The notes under the pieces were generated by a model. That model saw only the letters and a list, made by a program, of their open reading frames with translations, did no database searches and was not told the origin of the DNA. A stretch of 64,000 nt of DNA from assembly GCA_038087875.1 (NCBI GenBank), contig CM075996.1, forward strand, positions 2,854,001-2,918,000, read 5' to 3'. Below, in pieces: positions 12,261 through 25,823 of this stretch. Origin of the DNA: Malacoraja senta. Its lineage: Eukaryota. Both the position numbers and the translations under genes were made by a program. Within the stretch, counting starts at the first letter, position 1. Each line of letters starts with the position of its first letter.

Positions 12261-15200
12261 CGGGTGAACCGCCCTGAGAGGGAGTGGGGGTAGAACACTG
12301 GAGGACGTGGAGTGGGGGGGGGAGGGTGCGGCGGGGCCCTGAGGGGGGAAGGGGAACAATGAGCAATAGAGGACTAGGCGTGGGGGGGACCGCTGTGAGG
12401 GGGGGTGGGAGAACAGAGGAGGAGATAGCGCGGGATGTTTTGTAACTTTGTCAGCACCGTTTATGGGCGACTATTTGTATACCTTGGGCATGCAAGCAAA
12501 GAATTTGACTGTGTCATGTCACATGTGTCAATGTATTCCAATCCGTTCCAAGTCCCTGGAAATTCATAACCTTTGGTGTGTTTGATGTAGCTATCTCACG
12601 CTGCCAATAATCACACTGCACTGCAGATGGGGCTATTGGCTAACTTGTGGATACTAAGTCAATTTAAAAAAGTTGGAAATGAACTGCAAATTCAGGTTGA
12701 TACCAAAGATAAACACAAAGTGCGGAGGTAATCAGCGGGTCAGGCAGCATCCCTGGAGAAAAAGGATGGATGACGTTTTGCGTTTGGAGCCTTCTTCAGG
12801 CAAACATTTCAAAAAGGTAGACACAAAATGCTGGAGTAACTCAGCGGGACAGGCAGCATCTCTGGAGAGAAGGAATGGGTGACGTTTCGGGTCGAGACCT
12901 TCAGACAGACTCGGGTGAGGGAAATCTAGAGATATGGAAGGGTAAGGTGTGAAAATGGCAGATTAAAGCAGATGATGCTCAAGGAAATGTAGAATTGTTC
13001 ATTGTTGGCTGAGGGAAGGTGACAACGATGATTTAAATTAATCAGCGGGGCAGTGAAACTAGTTGGAGAACTAAGATGGGGGAGGGACGGAGAGAGAGGA
13101 AGCAATCTGCAGAGAAGGAATGGGTGACATTTTGGATCGAGTCCCTTCTTCAGAGACATTTGATAGAATGAATAATGAGTAATTTGGGAAATTATATTGC
13201 CAGAATAATTTATTGAAGAAGGGTCTCGACCCGAAACGTCACCCCATTTCTTCTATCCAGAGATGCTGCCTGTCCCGCTGAGTTACTCCAGCATTTTGTG
13301 TCTATCTTCGGCTTAAACCAGCATCTGCAGTTCCTTCCTACACAAGGAATTGCAGATTCTGTTTTTTTAAACAAAGCGAAGTGCTGGTGTAACTCAGCGG
13401 GTCAGGCAGTATCTCTGCAGGACATGAAGAACAGTGAATTAGACAGGTGACATTTTGTGCCGGGATCACTGTATCTCGATGCCCGTGACAATTATACTAC
13501 TGCAATGACAGGGAATATTCAGCAGATGGTGCAGTTGCTTTGGGGATGTGGACGAGACATAGCTTTGTAATTCCTGGTATTTACATCAATCAGATGTATA
13601 GATGATAGATTTACATCTATCATTTAAAATTAACTCACAGTAATGCACTCACAGTAACTCACCATAATGCATCAGGAAAGAGGGAAGTTCTGATGCCAAG
13701 CTTTATTTATTTAGCTGAGCCTCAGTTCTTCAGGGTTCAGAATTCGATAGACGTAGGAACAGCTAGTAGATTGGGCAAGGACAGAAACGAGTTCTGTTTA
13801 GAGATACAGTGTGGAAACAGGCCCTTCAGCCCACCGACCAGTGATCCCCGCACACTTACACTACCGTACACACACTAGGGACAATTTTACATTTATACCA
13901 AGCCAATGAACCTACAAACCTGTACGTCTTTGCAGTGTGGGAGGAAACCGGAGCACCCGGAGAAAACCCACGCAGGTCATGGGGAGAATGTACAACCTCC
14001 GTACAGACAGCACCCGTAGTCAGGATCGAACCCGGGACCCTGCAGCTGCAAGGCAGTAGCTCTACTGCTATGCCACCGTGCCGTCGTGTTCAGTTCAAAT
14101 ATGTAACTGTGAGGGCACAGACCTTCTGATCCAAGGAAAATGCCTGACATCTGTTTCAGACAAGGATGATGGATGCCAAACGCTTGCCCCTATCCAATAC
14201 TGCAGCTGGCACAGTTTTTGGTGCCAACTATGGATCAGCTGTTGGCAACTTTGTCTCCGAGACAGAAATGCGGTTCACATCCCATCCCATCCCATCCACG
14301 AGAAGTGATTCTCTGGCATGATACCAAGTTCAAGAAAAATGACATTAACTGCTGGAGCATCTCAGCGGGTCAGGCAGCATCTTCAGTTTAGTTTTGACAT
14401 ACAGCGCAGAAACAGGCCCTTCGGCCCACCGAGTCCGTGCCGACCTGCGATCCCCGCGCACTAACACTATCCTACACAAACTAGGGACAATTTAGAATTT
14501 TACCAAGCCATACCTGCTCGTCTTTGGAGTGTGGGAGGAAACCAGAGTGCTCGGAGAAAACCCACACAGGTCACGGGGAGAACGTACAAACTCCGTACAG
14601 ACAGCACCCCTAGTCGGGATCGAACCCGGGTCTCTGGCGCCGCAAGGCAGCACCGTAACAACATCCATCGAATTCCAGAATCTCTGGAGAACATGGATCG
14701 GTGTCGTTTAGGGTCGGAATTCTTCTGAAGACGAGCCGGAAGAAGGATCCGTCCCGAAAATGCACCTATCCATGTTCTCCAGAAATGCTGCCTGACCCGC
14801 TGAGTTACTCCAGCGCACTCTTGCACTAACATGGACTTGTTCTCTAATTGTGTTTTTGCTCTGATGTCTTGATTTGCACAGTCTTTTTCTTTTCACTATC
14901 TACTATAATTTATGTGCAACTTTCTTTTGATTCTAAGTAGACACAAAATGATGGAGGAACTCAGTGGGTCAGGCAGCATCTCTGGAGAAAATGAATAGGG
15001 GAAAGTGAAACTAGAGGGAGGAAAAGGTGTTGAACATATCAAAGCTGGCACCAAACCAGATGGCCAAGGAGCCAAAGTACCTCATATCTCTTAATATTTG
15101 TTTTTACATAGTTTTATTCTCTTTAATCTGTACTCTATCTCTGCAGCTCTCTATTTACCAATATCACCTATCTATCGAGATTGTTATCATTTTTTTGTCT

Positions 15201-15334
15201 CTCTGTCCCTCTACTTCTCTCTCTCTGTCCAATATATTTCCATATCTTTCTATTGATCATCTATCTATCATCCCTCTCTCACTCTATGCCTTTCTCTCCA
15301 ATTCATACATTATCATCTCTTATCTCTAATATCT

Positions 15335-15694
15335 CATTCATCGGCGAGACCAAATGTGGACTGGGCGATCGTTTTGCTGAACACCTTCGATCAGTCCACC
15401 TGGACCTACCTGATCTCCCGGTTGCCAAACACTTTAATTCCCCTTCCCATTCCCACACTGACCTTTCTGACCTAGTCTCCTCCAGTGTCAGAGTGAGGTT
15501 AAACGCAAATTGGAGGAACAGCATCTTATATTTTGCTTGAGCAGCTAACAGCCCAGTGGCATGAGTATTGACTTCTCTAACTTCAAGTTACCCCTGCACT
15601 CCCTCTCCCTCCATCCCTCCCCCACCCAAGTCGCTCCAGGTTCCTGTTCTCACCTAGCAAATAACTATCAATGGCCTGTTTCCTTTATCATCAT
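15335..15694 (+). mobile_element. Penelope-like 3' fragment, interrupted; its tail resumes at ~18930-19115
   Basis: FIGETKCGLGDRFAEHLRSV...HFNS. The 3' UTR breaks at ...cctttatcatcat and resumes as tactattttggatatctttcattc. Confidence 0.7.
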
Positions 15695-16389
15695 CAGTGC
15701 TGGATTTAGATAAAGAGAGGCCCTAGGCTGTTCCACTTGTGAGGCCCCTCCCAATCCCCCACCTCCACGACTAGAGGAAGATGGAAGAGTCCACCAGATT
15801 GACACCGATTTTCAGCCGAGCGTGGCCAATGAGATAAGGGGCTGGAAAGCTGCGCTATTTATTTATTGCCTGTGCTAGTGTTGAGTTATCGGCTTAAAAC
15901 ACTATTATTCTGAAATGGAGGGCAAAGAAAATTACTGAAGGGTTGTTTGGAGACTACAGTGCGTTGTGACAGCATATGTAAGAAAGGCCTATGACAGTGT
16001 CAAAAATATTATACACCTTGCAGGGCTCTCACTTAACTTTTTTTCTCTGTTGTCAGCCGGGCAACCTTGGCAGCTTTTTAAGTTGCCAAATGGCAGTTTA
16101 GGTGTTCATTTAAGACGGCTTGCATGACGCGTGTGATAATGTGCTCGGACGAAGTGTGTAGTTACCAGTCGGAATTATACTCAATGAAGCATTCACATAT
16201 TATTTCTGCTTCAAATAAAGTCACAAACTAAACATATTCACCAATCAAGACATGATATATACCACAATGACCTGCAGCAAAATTATAATACAGCATCTCA
16301 ACTCTTTTTACACGTGGCAATGAATGCAATTTCTATTATTTCTTTCCACTTCCAAACAAAAATGTGGTTGGATTATTCAACGTATGATC

Positions 16390-16830
16390 AACCTCGGTGA
16401 GACCAAGCGCAGGCTTGGCGATCGCTTCGCACAACACCTCCGCTCGGTTCGCAATAACCAATCTGATCTCCCGGTGGCTCAACACTTCAACTCCCCCTCC
16501 CATTTCGAATCCGACCTTTCTGTCCTGGGCCTCTTCCATGGCCAGAGTGAGAACCACCATAAATTGGAGGAGCAGCACCTCCTATTTCGCTTGGGCAGTT
16601 TACACCCCAGCGGTATGAACATTGACCTCCAATTTCAGGTAGTCCCTGCTTTCTCCTTCCCTTCCCAGCTCTCCCTCAGCCCACTGTCTCCGCCTCTTCC
16701 TTTGTTCTTCCCGTCTCCCCCACCCTCACATCAGTCTGAAGAAGGGTCTCGACCTGAAACGTCGCCTATTTACTTTGCTCCATAGATGCTGCCTCTCCAG
16801 CATCTGAGTTTCTCCAGCATTTTTGTCTAC
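16390..16830 (+). mobile_element. Penelope-like element, 3' fragment
   Basis: GETKRRLGDRFAQHLRSVRNNQSDLPVAQHFNS...LHPSGMNID, followed by the terminal repeat. Confidence 0.8.
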
Positions 16831-17545
16831 CCATTCACACAAGTTCTGTTATCCCACTTTCCTCACCCACTCCCTACACATTAGGGGCAATTCTACAGAG
16901 ACATGTTAACCTACAAAGCCAATGCATCTTTGGGATGTGGGAGGAAACCCACACGCTTGCAGGGAGAATGTGCAAATTCAACACAGACAGTGCCCGAGGA
17001 CAGGATCGAACACAGATCTCTGGCGTGTGAGGCAGCAAGTCTACCAGCTGTGCCACTATATTTTGTTTTCCAACACACACAAAATGATACGTTTATAACT
17101 TTGGTTACTAAAAAAATGAAAATATCCATTTTCAGTCTTAAATCTCCAAGTGACGCTATGTCCCCCCTTTACAGCTACTGTATGTTTTAATTCAGTTCAA
17201 GACTATGGGGCAGTACATTGGCCATAAAGTTGCTGCCTAAAAGTGCCAGAGTCCCAGAATTGATCCTGAATATGGGTGCTGTCTGTATGGAGTTTGCTCC
17301 TTTTCCCTTTGATCGCATGGGTTTTCTCCGGGTGCTCTTGTTTCCTTCCACATTCCAAAGGTGTGCAGGAACCTATTTCAGACCCAACCCAAAACGTTAT
17401 ATTTTCCTTTTGTCCAGAGATTCTGTCTGACCTGTTGAGTTACTCCAGCTTTTTGTGTCTATCTTCAGTTTAAACCAGCATCTGCAGTTCCTTCCTACAC
17501 ACACGATACTATACGATAGAACTTTATTAATCCCAAGAGGGAAAT

Positions 17546-17750
<205 letters not shown>

Positions 17751-19180
17751 ACACCGTTTTGTTTTCTCGTTTATAACATTGTTTACAGAGTACTATCTTT
17801 ACATATTCTGTTGTGCTGCTGCAAGTAAGGATTTCATTGTCTAACTGGGACGTGAGAATAAAACACTCTTGACTCTTGAATTACATCGCTAATGTGTGGG
17901 ATAGAACTAGTGTACGGGTGATCGGTGGTCGGCATGGACTCGGTGGGCCGAAGCCCGTTTCCACGCTGTATCTTTAAATTAAACACTAAAACCAGAGGGA
18001 GCCTAAAGAAGGGTCTCTACCCGAAACATCACCCAATTTCTTCAATCCAGAGTTGCTGGCTGCTCCATGGAGTTCCCCCGCACAATTAAAGCATGGAATA
18101 ATCTTCACCCTACCATAGTTACCCAACCAGATGCAACTAAATTTAAGGTAGCTCTTTTTTCCCAAGAATCCTTTTTTGCTTAAGTCCAAGAGTCAAGAGA
18201 GTTTTATTGTCATGTGTCCCAGATAGGGCAATGAATTTCTTGCTTGCTGCAGCACAACAGAATATGTAAACATAATACAGAACAGGAGATAAAAGTTCAG
18301 TGTGTTTATATACCAGACACCATATATATACACAATAAATAAACAGATAAAGTGCAATAGGCTGTTATTGTTCAGAGTTTGGAGTTTGGTGATGGACCCT
18401 CCACCACCTCCAGTTTAAATTCCATTGAGTATATTTTTGGAAGACCAGGAAACCAGAAGCAAGAGTTACTCCAGGGTGTTACTCCAGCTCCAGGGAGTGA
18501 TTCTGCGTTGGTTTTCAGCGGTCACGGCGAGGCGGCGACCGGACAACAATGGCAGCCAGATCTTCCACAATTCAAAGCGAGGGAGAAAGTGCCCAGCGCC
18601 GACCAGTTGCCGTGGCAGTGCGCATATGCAGGGCGGCCGATGATGTGCTGGCCATGGTTGTGCGCATGTGCAGGGGGAGGATGTGCTGGGCGCAGCATTG
18701 CGCATGTGCAAGGCGGCCTGCTGTGCCGGCGGATGAGGAGCGAGCGGAGAGCGGAGACCCGGCGGCCCGGACACGGATACGGATGGTGGGCGGAGATGGA
18801 GAGTGACAGAGAGAGAGATAGAGAGGCGGGCCCGCTCAGAGTTGAATGGCAGGTGTCCTGCCTTGGCCAGAGGCCCCCTAGATTTTGAGGCCCTAGGCTT
18901 CAGCCTATGAAGCCTAGTGGTAAATCCATCATTACTATTTTGGATATCTTTCATTCATTTGTTCTATATCTCTCTACATCACTGTCTATATCTCTCGTTT
19001 CGCTTTCCCCTGACTAGTCTGAAGAAGGGCCTTGACCCGAACTATCACCCATTTCTTCTTTCCAGGGATGCTGCCTGTCCCGCTGAGTTACTCCAGCATT
19101 TTGTGTCTATCTTCATTATAATCTATCACTTTACATCTGTGTGTCTATCTTTTCATCCGTTCATCTCTCCATTCATTCAT

Positions 19181-21131
19181 TACCCTGAACCAAAACCTTC
19201 CGAGCGTTTCCCAATCAGAAACCTTGGATGAACTTTGAGATCCGCACTCTTCTGAAGTCCAGACACCGGGCATTCATGTCTGATGATACAGTGGCCTACA
19301 AGGAGTCCAGATACGACCTTGGTAAGGCCATCAAAAAGGCCAAAAGGGACTTCTGCTCCAAACTGGAGGAAGAGACTGATGTTTCGCCGGCTGTGGCAGG
19401 GCCTGAATGCAATCACCTCTTACAAGGCGAAATCAGGAGGCAGCTCGAATGTCGGCGAAACATCACTCCCTGATGAGCTCAATGCGTTTACGCACGCTTT
19501 GATAGGCGAGAACACCGATGTGCCTTGCCGAGCCCCCATTCGCTGTGATGGTATTTCAGTCTCAGTCACAGAGGCCGACGTCAGGAAATCCTTCAGAGGG
19601 GTGAACCCTCGAAAAGCGCCTGGACCTGATGGTATACCTGGTCGTGTTCTAAAAACCTGTGCGGACCAACTGGCTGGAGTTTTTACAGACATTTTCAACC
19701 TCTCACTTCTGAGGTCTGAGGTCCCCACCTGCTTCAAAAGGGCATCAATTATACCAGTGCCCAAGAAGAGTAAGGTAACATGCTCAATGACTATCGACCT
19801 GTGGCACTAACGCCTGTGGTGATGAAGTGCTTTGAGAGGTTGATCATGACGCAGATCAACTCCTACCTCGACAAAAACCTGGACCCACTGCAGTTCGCTT
19901 ACCGCCACAACAGATCAACGGTGGATGCGATCTCGCTGGCCCTCCACTCCACTCTGGACCACTTGGACAACAAAAACTCATATGTCAGGCTGTTATTCAT
20001 CGATTACAGCTCGGCATTAATACAATCATCCCCTCCAAGCTGGTTACCAAACTCGCAGAACTGGGTCTCTGCGCATCCCTCTGCAATTGGATCCTCGACT
20101 TCCTCACTCTCAGACCACAGTCTGTTCGTATTGGGTGGAAATGTGTCAGACTCGATAACAATTAGCACGGGAGCACCTCAAGGCTGTGTGCTCAGCCCCC
20201 TGCTGTACTCACTCTATACTCATGACTGCGTAGCCGGACATAGTGCGAACTCCATCATCAAGTTCGCTGACGACACCACTGTTGTGGGACGTATCACTGA
20301 TGGGGATGAGTCAGAGTATAGAAGAGAGATCGAGCAACTGTCCCATATGGTGCCAGCACAATAACCTGGCCCTCAACACCAGCAAAACCAAGGAACTGAT
20401 TGTGGACTTTGGAAGGAGTAGGATGGGGACCCACAGTCCCGTTTATATCAACGGGTCGATGGTTGAAAGGGTCAAGAGCTTCAAATTCCTGGGCGTGCAC
20501 ATCTCTGAAGATCTTTCCTGGTCCGAGAACAATGATGCCATTATTAAGAAAGCACATCAGCGCCTCTACTTCCTGAGAAGATTACGGAGAGTCGGTTTGT
20601 CAAGGAGGACTCTCTCTAACTTCTACAGGTGCACAGTAGAGAGCATGCTGACCGGTTGCATCGTGGCTTGGTTCGGCAACTTGAGTGCCCTGGGGAGGAA
20701 AAGACTACAAAAAGTAGTAAACACTGCCCAGTCAATCATCGGCTCTGACCTCCCTTCCATCGAGGGGATCTACCACAGTCGCTGCCTCAAAAAGGCTGGC
20801 AGCATCATCAAGGACCCACACCATCCTGGCCACACACTCATCTCCCTACTACCTTCAGGTAGAAGGTACAGGAGCTGAAGACTGCAACGACCAGGGTTCA
20901 GGAATAGCTACTTCCCCACATCCATCAGGCTATTAAACCTGGCTCGGACATAACACTGAACTTTACTAGCCAATACTGTTATTTGCACTTTATCAGTATA
21001 TTGACCATTGTGTATATATTTATAGAATGCCTTGTAGTAAATGCCTACTATGTTCTGTTGTGCTCAAGCAAAGCAAGAATTTCATTGTCCTACCAGGGAC
21101 ACATGACAATAAACTCACTTGACTTGACTTG
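19181..21131 (+). mobile_element. Rex1/Babar-type non-LTR retrotransposon, 5'-truncated, frameshifted RT
   Basis: [104 protein letters not shown]. Ends aataaa...(acttg)n. Confidence 0.92.
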
Positions 21132-22239
21132 AGCCTGTGTTGAATAGGCCAATACATTTGCACCCACTGCATGAAATGGAATTCTAAGCCCCTGATATTC
21201 TAAATCTCTGATTGTTCACGGACTTTGTTTCTGCATCTGCCCCTAGGAAGCTGTAACATGTTTCATCTGGGGAACTAGTTGATGCATTTCAACCATTGAA
21301 TTTGACACTCTAGTAGGATTTAAAAGACTTTTGGATAGGCATATTGATATGCGGGGAATGGAGGGATAAGGATTATGTACATGTACTGTAGATAAGTGAT
21401 GGTCTTGGCATCATGTTCAGCAGAGACATTGTGGGCCGAAGGGCCCGTTCTTGTGCTGTACTGTTCTATGTTTACTTTAGTTCAGTGTGCTTTAGTTTAG
21501 AGATACAGCGCGGAAACAGGCCCTTTGGCCCACCAGGTCCGCCTCAAGCAGCGATCCCCGTACACCAGCACTATCCTGCACACACTAGGGACAATTTATA
21601 ATTTTTACCAAAGCCAATTAACCTACGAACCTGGACGTCTTTGGAGTGTGGGAGGAAACCGCAGCACCTGGAAGAAAACTCACACTGCCACAGAGACAAA
21701 CTCCACACAATGGTAGACAGGATCAAACCCGGGTCTCTGTTGCTCTAAGGCAACAGCTCTACCACTGTGTCACTGTGCCGCCCAAAGTGCATGTTCCATG
21801 TACAAAGTCTGGTTAACAAACATAATCTAGCCATGTCACCGTGTTAGTTATCATATAAAGACTGTACACAAAATACCCTACTCACGGATTAGTACTCTGA
21901 CTGATGAATAATGTATTTTTCATTAATCGTTGACTTTCCCTCAGAACCCAGGGGATTTGCTGGTTTTCTGTCTCTTTTTTTCTTGTTCTCTCTCCCGCTG
22001 ATGTGCCTGTAACAATGTTATCCACCGTCAGTTCTGTACCATTGCTGTTATGTGTTGAACAGCATAGATAAAATGCCTGAGGCCCACACCGCACCTTGAA
22101 AGAGTAGGGGGTGCAAGAAGCTGCCGGGTGAGAAAAGCAGAGGAAGGGATGTGATTAAAAACATGCAGCTTTCTAGAGGAAGAGAGGATTGAGACAAGAA
22201 GTCGTGGTGCCTTGGGGAAAGAAGAGTGGAATGGCATGG

Positions 22240-22592
22240 ACCCCGAATCTGAGGAAGGATGTGCTGGCGTTGGAGAGGGTTCAGGAGGAGAATAATCCCA
22301 GGGGTGATTGGGTTAACGTATGATGACTATTTGACAACACTGGGCCTGTACTCGCTGGAGTTTAGAAGGATTGGGGGGGGGGGGGGGGGGGCTCATTGAA
22401 ACTTACCAAATCATGAAGGGCCTGGATAGAGTGGATGTGGAGAGGATGTTTCCACTCGTGGGAGAGTTTAGAACCAGAGGGCACAGCCTCAGAATAATAG
22501 GACATTCCTTTAGAAAGGAGATGAGGTGGAATGTCTTTAGTCAGAGGGTGATGAATCTGTGGAGTTCATTGCCGCAGATGGCTGTGGAGGCT
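22240..22592 (+). mobile_element. CR1 LINE fragment
   Basis: LIETYQIMKGLDRVDVERMFPLVGEFRTRGHSL...QRVMNLWSSLP. Similar fragments at 24085-24580, 37955-38260, 51385-51825 and (minus strand) 61240-61665. Confidence 0.8.
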
Positions 22593-25500
22593 ATCCCCAC
22601 TTTGCCATCCATTCCCTCTCCCAAGACCGTTTCCCTCTTCCACATACCTCCACAATCCTCTTATTCCTCAAGAGTCAAGAGTGTTATATTGTCGTATGTC
22701 CCAGCCAGAACAATGAAATTCTTACTTGCATTCTTGGGGGATTCTTTTTCCCCCAAATCTCTTTGTCTCTCTCTCTCTCTCCCTGCTACCCATTACCTTT
22801 CCTACATTCCCATGTTTATCTCTGAATCTTCTCCCTCACTTGATCTTCTGCATTGCTTGCGACCCTCTGTCTCCCTTGGTGATTACGTTGCACCCTTTAC
22901 CCTGTATCTGTACACTGCGGACGGCTTGATTGCAATCATTTATAGTCTTTTCGCTGACTGGAAACACACCTCCAGATTCAGGGACAGTTTCTTCCCAACT
23001 GAACCATCCTATTGCCAACTGGAGAGCGGTCTTGACCTCCCATCTACCTCAATGGAGCCCCTCAGACTATCTTTTATTGGAGTTAACTGGACTTATCTTG
23101 CACTAAACGTATTCCCCTTAATCTCTATCTTGGATATTTTGTATGATCTAAGTTCTCAATTGTAATCATGTATAGCCTTTTCGTTGACTAGATAGCATGC
23201 AAGAAAAAGCTTTCCACTGTACTTTGGTACATGTGACAATAATAAACTAAACCATAATACATTTTTTGTAAACCCCTTTGATGGTGGAGGGCTCACTATT
23301 GTTAAAGTTCATTTTCTTAAAACAGACAACTAACAATAAGTTAGGTAAAACCAACATAAGCTTTTACTGATCATTTAGCCAGCGAGAGTGCTAGGAGATA
23401 CAAAGTCAAGTATACAGCAGATACTTAACTCCTCCTAGTTAACCACTCTAATGAATGCAGACATACAGCATCTTTTATAGTATTTCGGAAACATAGTCAC
23501 ATGTTTATACAGAGTTGCAGCAATGACGTCTAACATATCAATCACAGCTCTACCCATTCAAAACATGCTTGTCACTGATACAATATGCTATGGTTATATT
23601 GATCACAAACTTTAGTCACGAAACCCCCAAATAACAGGAAGTTAGTCAAAGGTCTATCATCTGCAGTACCTTCTTAAACAATGTAAGGATCCTTATCAAT
23701 TGCCACGTTTCAGAAAGCTTATCCTCTCTTAAGGCTTGTGTTTACAGAAGCCAGACCCTTCTCAGCAAGTACATCCCCTCTCATCATTGTCAATATCTTT
23801 TGCTTGGTCACAACAGGAAGCAGCTTGGATACAGTTTGAATGCTGGCCTCCAATTTCCTGATTACCCAGCCCTTCTACACAACCCAAATTTCAAAGCTTC
23901 CATTTACTCAGAACCCAAAACCCAAAGAAGTCAAATTAATCTTTACTTAATAAACTACATTAAATATTCCATTATTGACTAGGATATGATCACTATGCAT
24001 GTTGGATAGTGTCTTCTGCACAGTCAACATCTTCATGGTTCCTTGTTGACTTTAAAGAACTTTGGGACATCCAGAGATTGTGAGGGGGGGGGGGGGGGGC
24101 GCTCACTGAAACTCCCCAAACAGTGAAAGGCTGGATAGAGTGAAGAGGAAGTTTCCACTGGTGGGAGAGTCTAGGCCCAGTGGACACAGCCTGCAAATAA
24201 ATGGACTTACATTTAGAAAGAAGATGAGGAGGAATTTCTTTAGTCAGAGGGTGGTGAGTCTGTGGAACTTTGCTGCAGAAGGCTGTGGAGGCCTAGTCAG
24301 TGGAAGTCTGAAGAAGGGTTTCGGCCCGAAACGTTGCCTATTTCCTTCGCTCCATAGTTGCTGCTGCACCCGCTGAGTTTCTCCAGCACTTTTGTCTACC
24401 TAGTCAGTGGATATTTTTAAGGCGGAGATTGACAGATTCTTGATTAGTACGGGTGTCGGGTTATGGGGAGAAGGCAGGAGAAACGGGGTTAGGGGGGAGA
24501 GATAGATCAGCAATGATTGAATGGCAGAGTAGACGTGATGGGCCGAATGGCCTATTTTGCCCCTATCACTTATGAACGCATGAAGAATTGGAAGTTTTGC
24601 TTTCTGCCAACGCAACTCTGCCTCGTATCCCGTGGTACTTTTAACTTGCGCCTTTCATCTTTGGAAGTGGAGCGCTCCCAACCGCTGAGGAGTCAGAGGG
24701 CTGTCAGATACCGTCAGAAAGGAAAGGTTAAAAATAGAACTCTGAACAACAGGGGAATTTTAAAAGCTAAAATATTAAACAGGAAAGAAAAATCTTCTGC
24801 GGTGGAGTTTAAAGATTTTCATCCTCCAAGCAATTCTAATCACTTAATAAACCATTGATTTTTCACAGCAAAAGAATAAGGAGAAAATCTATATTGAGTC
24901 TTCATCTACGTATTCCTGTTGTCCAGGGGTGTGAGAATAGGGAACTCACTACCTCAAGGAGTGATTGAGGTTAACAGTTTTTACCTTTTTTTAAACTTAA
25001 GAATCCTTGGAGACGGTGCAGAGAAAGTCCATGGGGTTGCTAACTGGGAAACGTGGGTTAATCTCGAAGGAAAGATTGAGCAGGTTGTGTTAATACTTTC
25101 AAGCGTTTAAAAAAACATGAGAGCGACCTTACTGAAAATCTGTAGGCAGGAACTGCAAATGCTGGTTTACCACATAGATGGAGGCAAAATGCTGCAGTAA
25201 CTCAGCGGTTCAGGCAGCATCCCTGGAGCAAAGGAATTGGCGACGTTTTGGGTTGAGACCCTTTTTCAGCCTGAGAGTCTGCGCTGTATCTCTAAAGATT
25301 AAAGCCTAAACTAAACTAAACTAAGCTTAAACGGGGCATCTTGGCTGGCATGAATGAGTTGGGCCGAAAGGCCTGTTTCCCTGCTGTACGACGCTATGAC
25401 TTGAAGAAGTCGACTCTCATCAGCGAGACACAGTTGAACAAACACTGCTTGTTATATCCCACACACACACACACAGGTAATAAGAATCAAACAGCACCCT

Positions 25501-25789
25501 TGGCTCCAGCCTGGTGGATAAATAAAGAGCCGGCTTGTGTTAGCTGCAGAAACTTGTAAATAATTTGCACATTTGAATGAGTCCTGCGATCCATGTATAG
25601 TTCCAGCAGAGTCTATTATTGCTACTCAGTGATTCCCACTGCTTTTCCCAGAGGTACATCTTTCTCTTTTGTTTGCTTCCACACTGCATCATGGTGGCAG
25701 CAGCTACCGTACATCAAACTCAGGCAACCTTGACTCTGGGGAATAGTCATCCCCTGTGCAAGAATAACATCCATTAAAGAGGTGTGTAT

Positions 25790-25823
25790 GTCTGAAGAAG
25801 GGTCTCGACCCGAAACGTCACCC
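25790..25823 (+). ncRNA. Minimal hammerhead-ribozyme-like motif in a Penelope terminal-repeat unit (representative of >20 copies)
   Basis: CTGAAGA (25792) - A - GGGT CTCG ACCC stem-loop - GAAAC GTC. Helix III is reduced to the palindrome ACGT and helix I is weak. Activity not demonstrated. Confidence 0.55.

Noticed and set aside
22371..23165. 264-aa ORF
   Set aside because: Read-through across CR1, Penelope and Rex fragments.
24517..24858. 113-aa ORF or exon in unique sequence
   Set aside because: Starts in a CR1 tail, weak splice signals, no recognisable protein.
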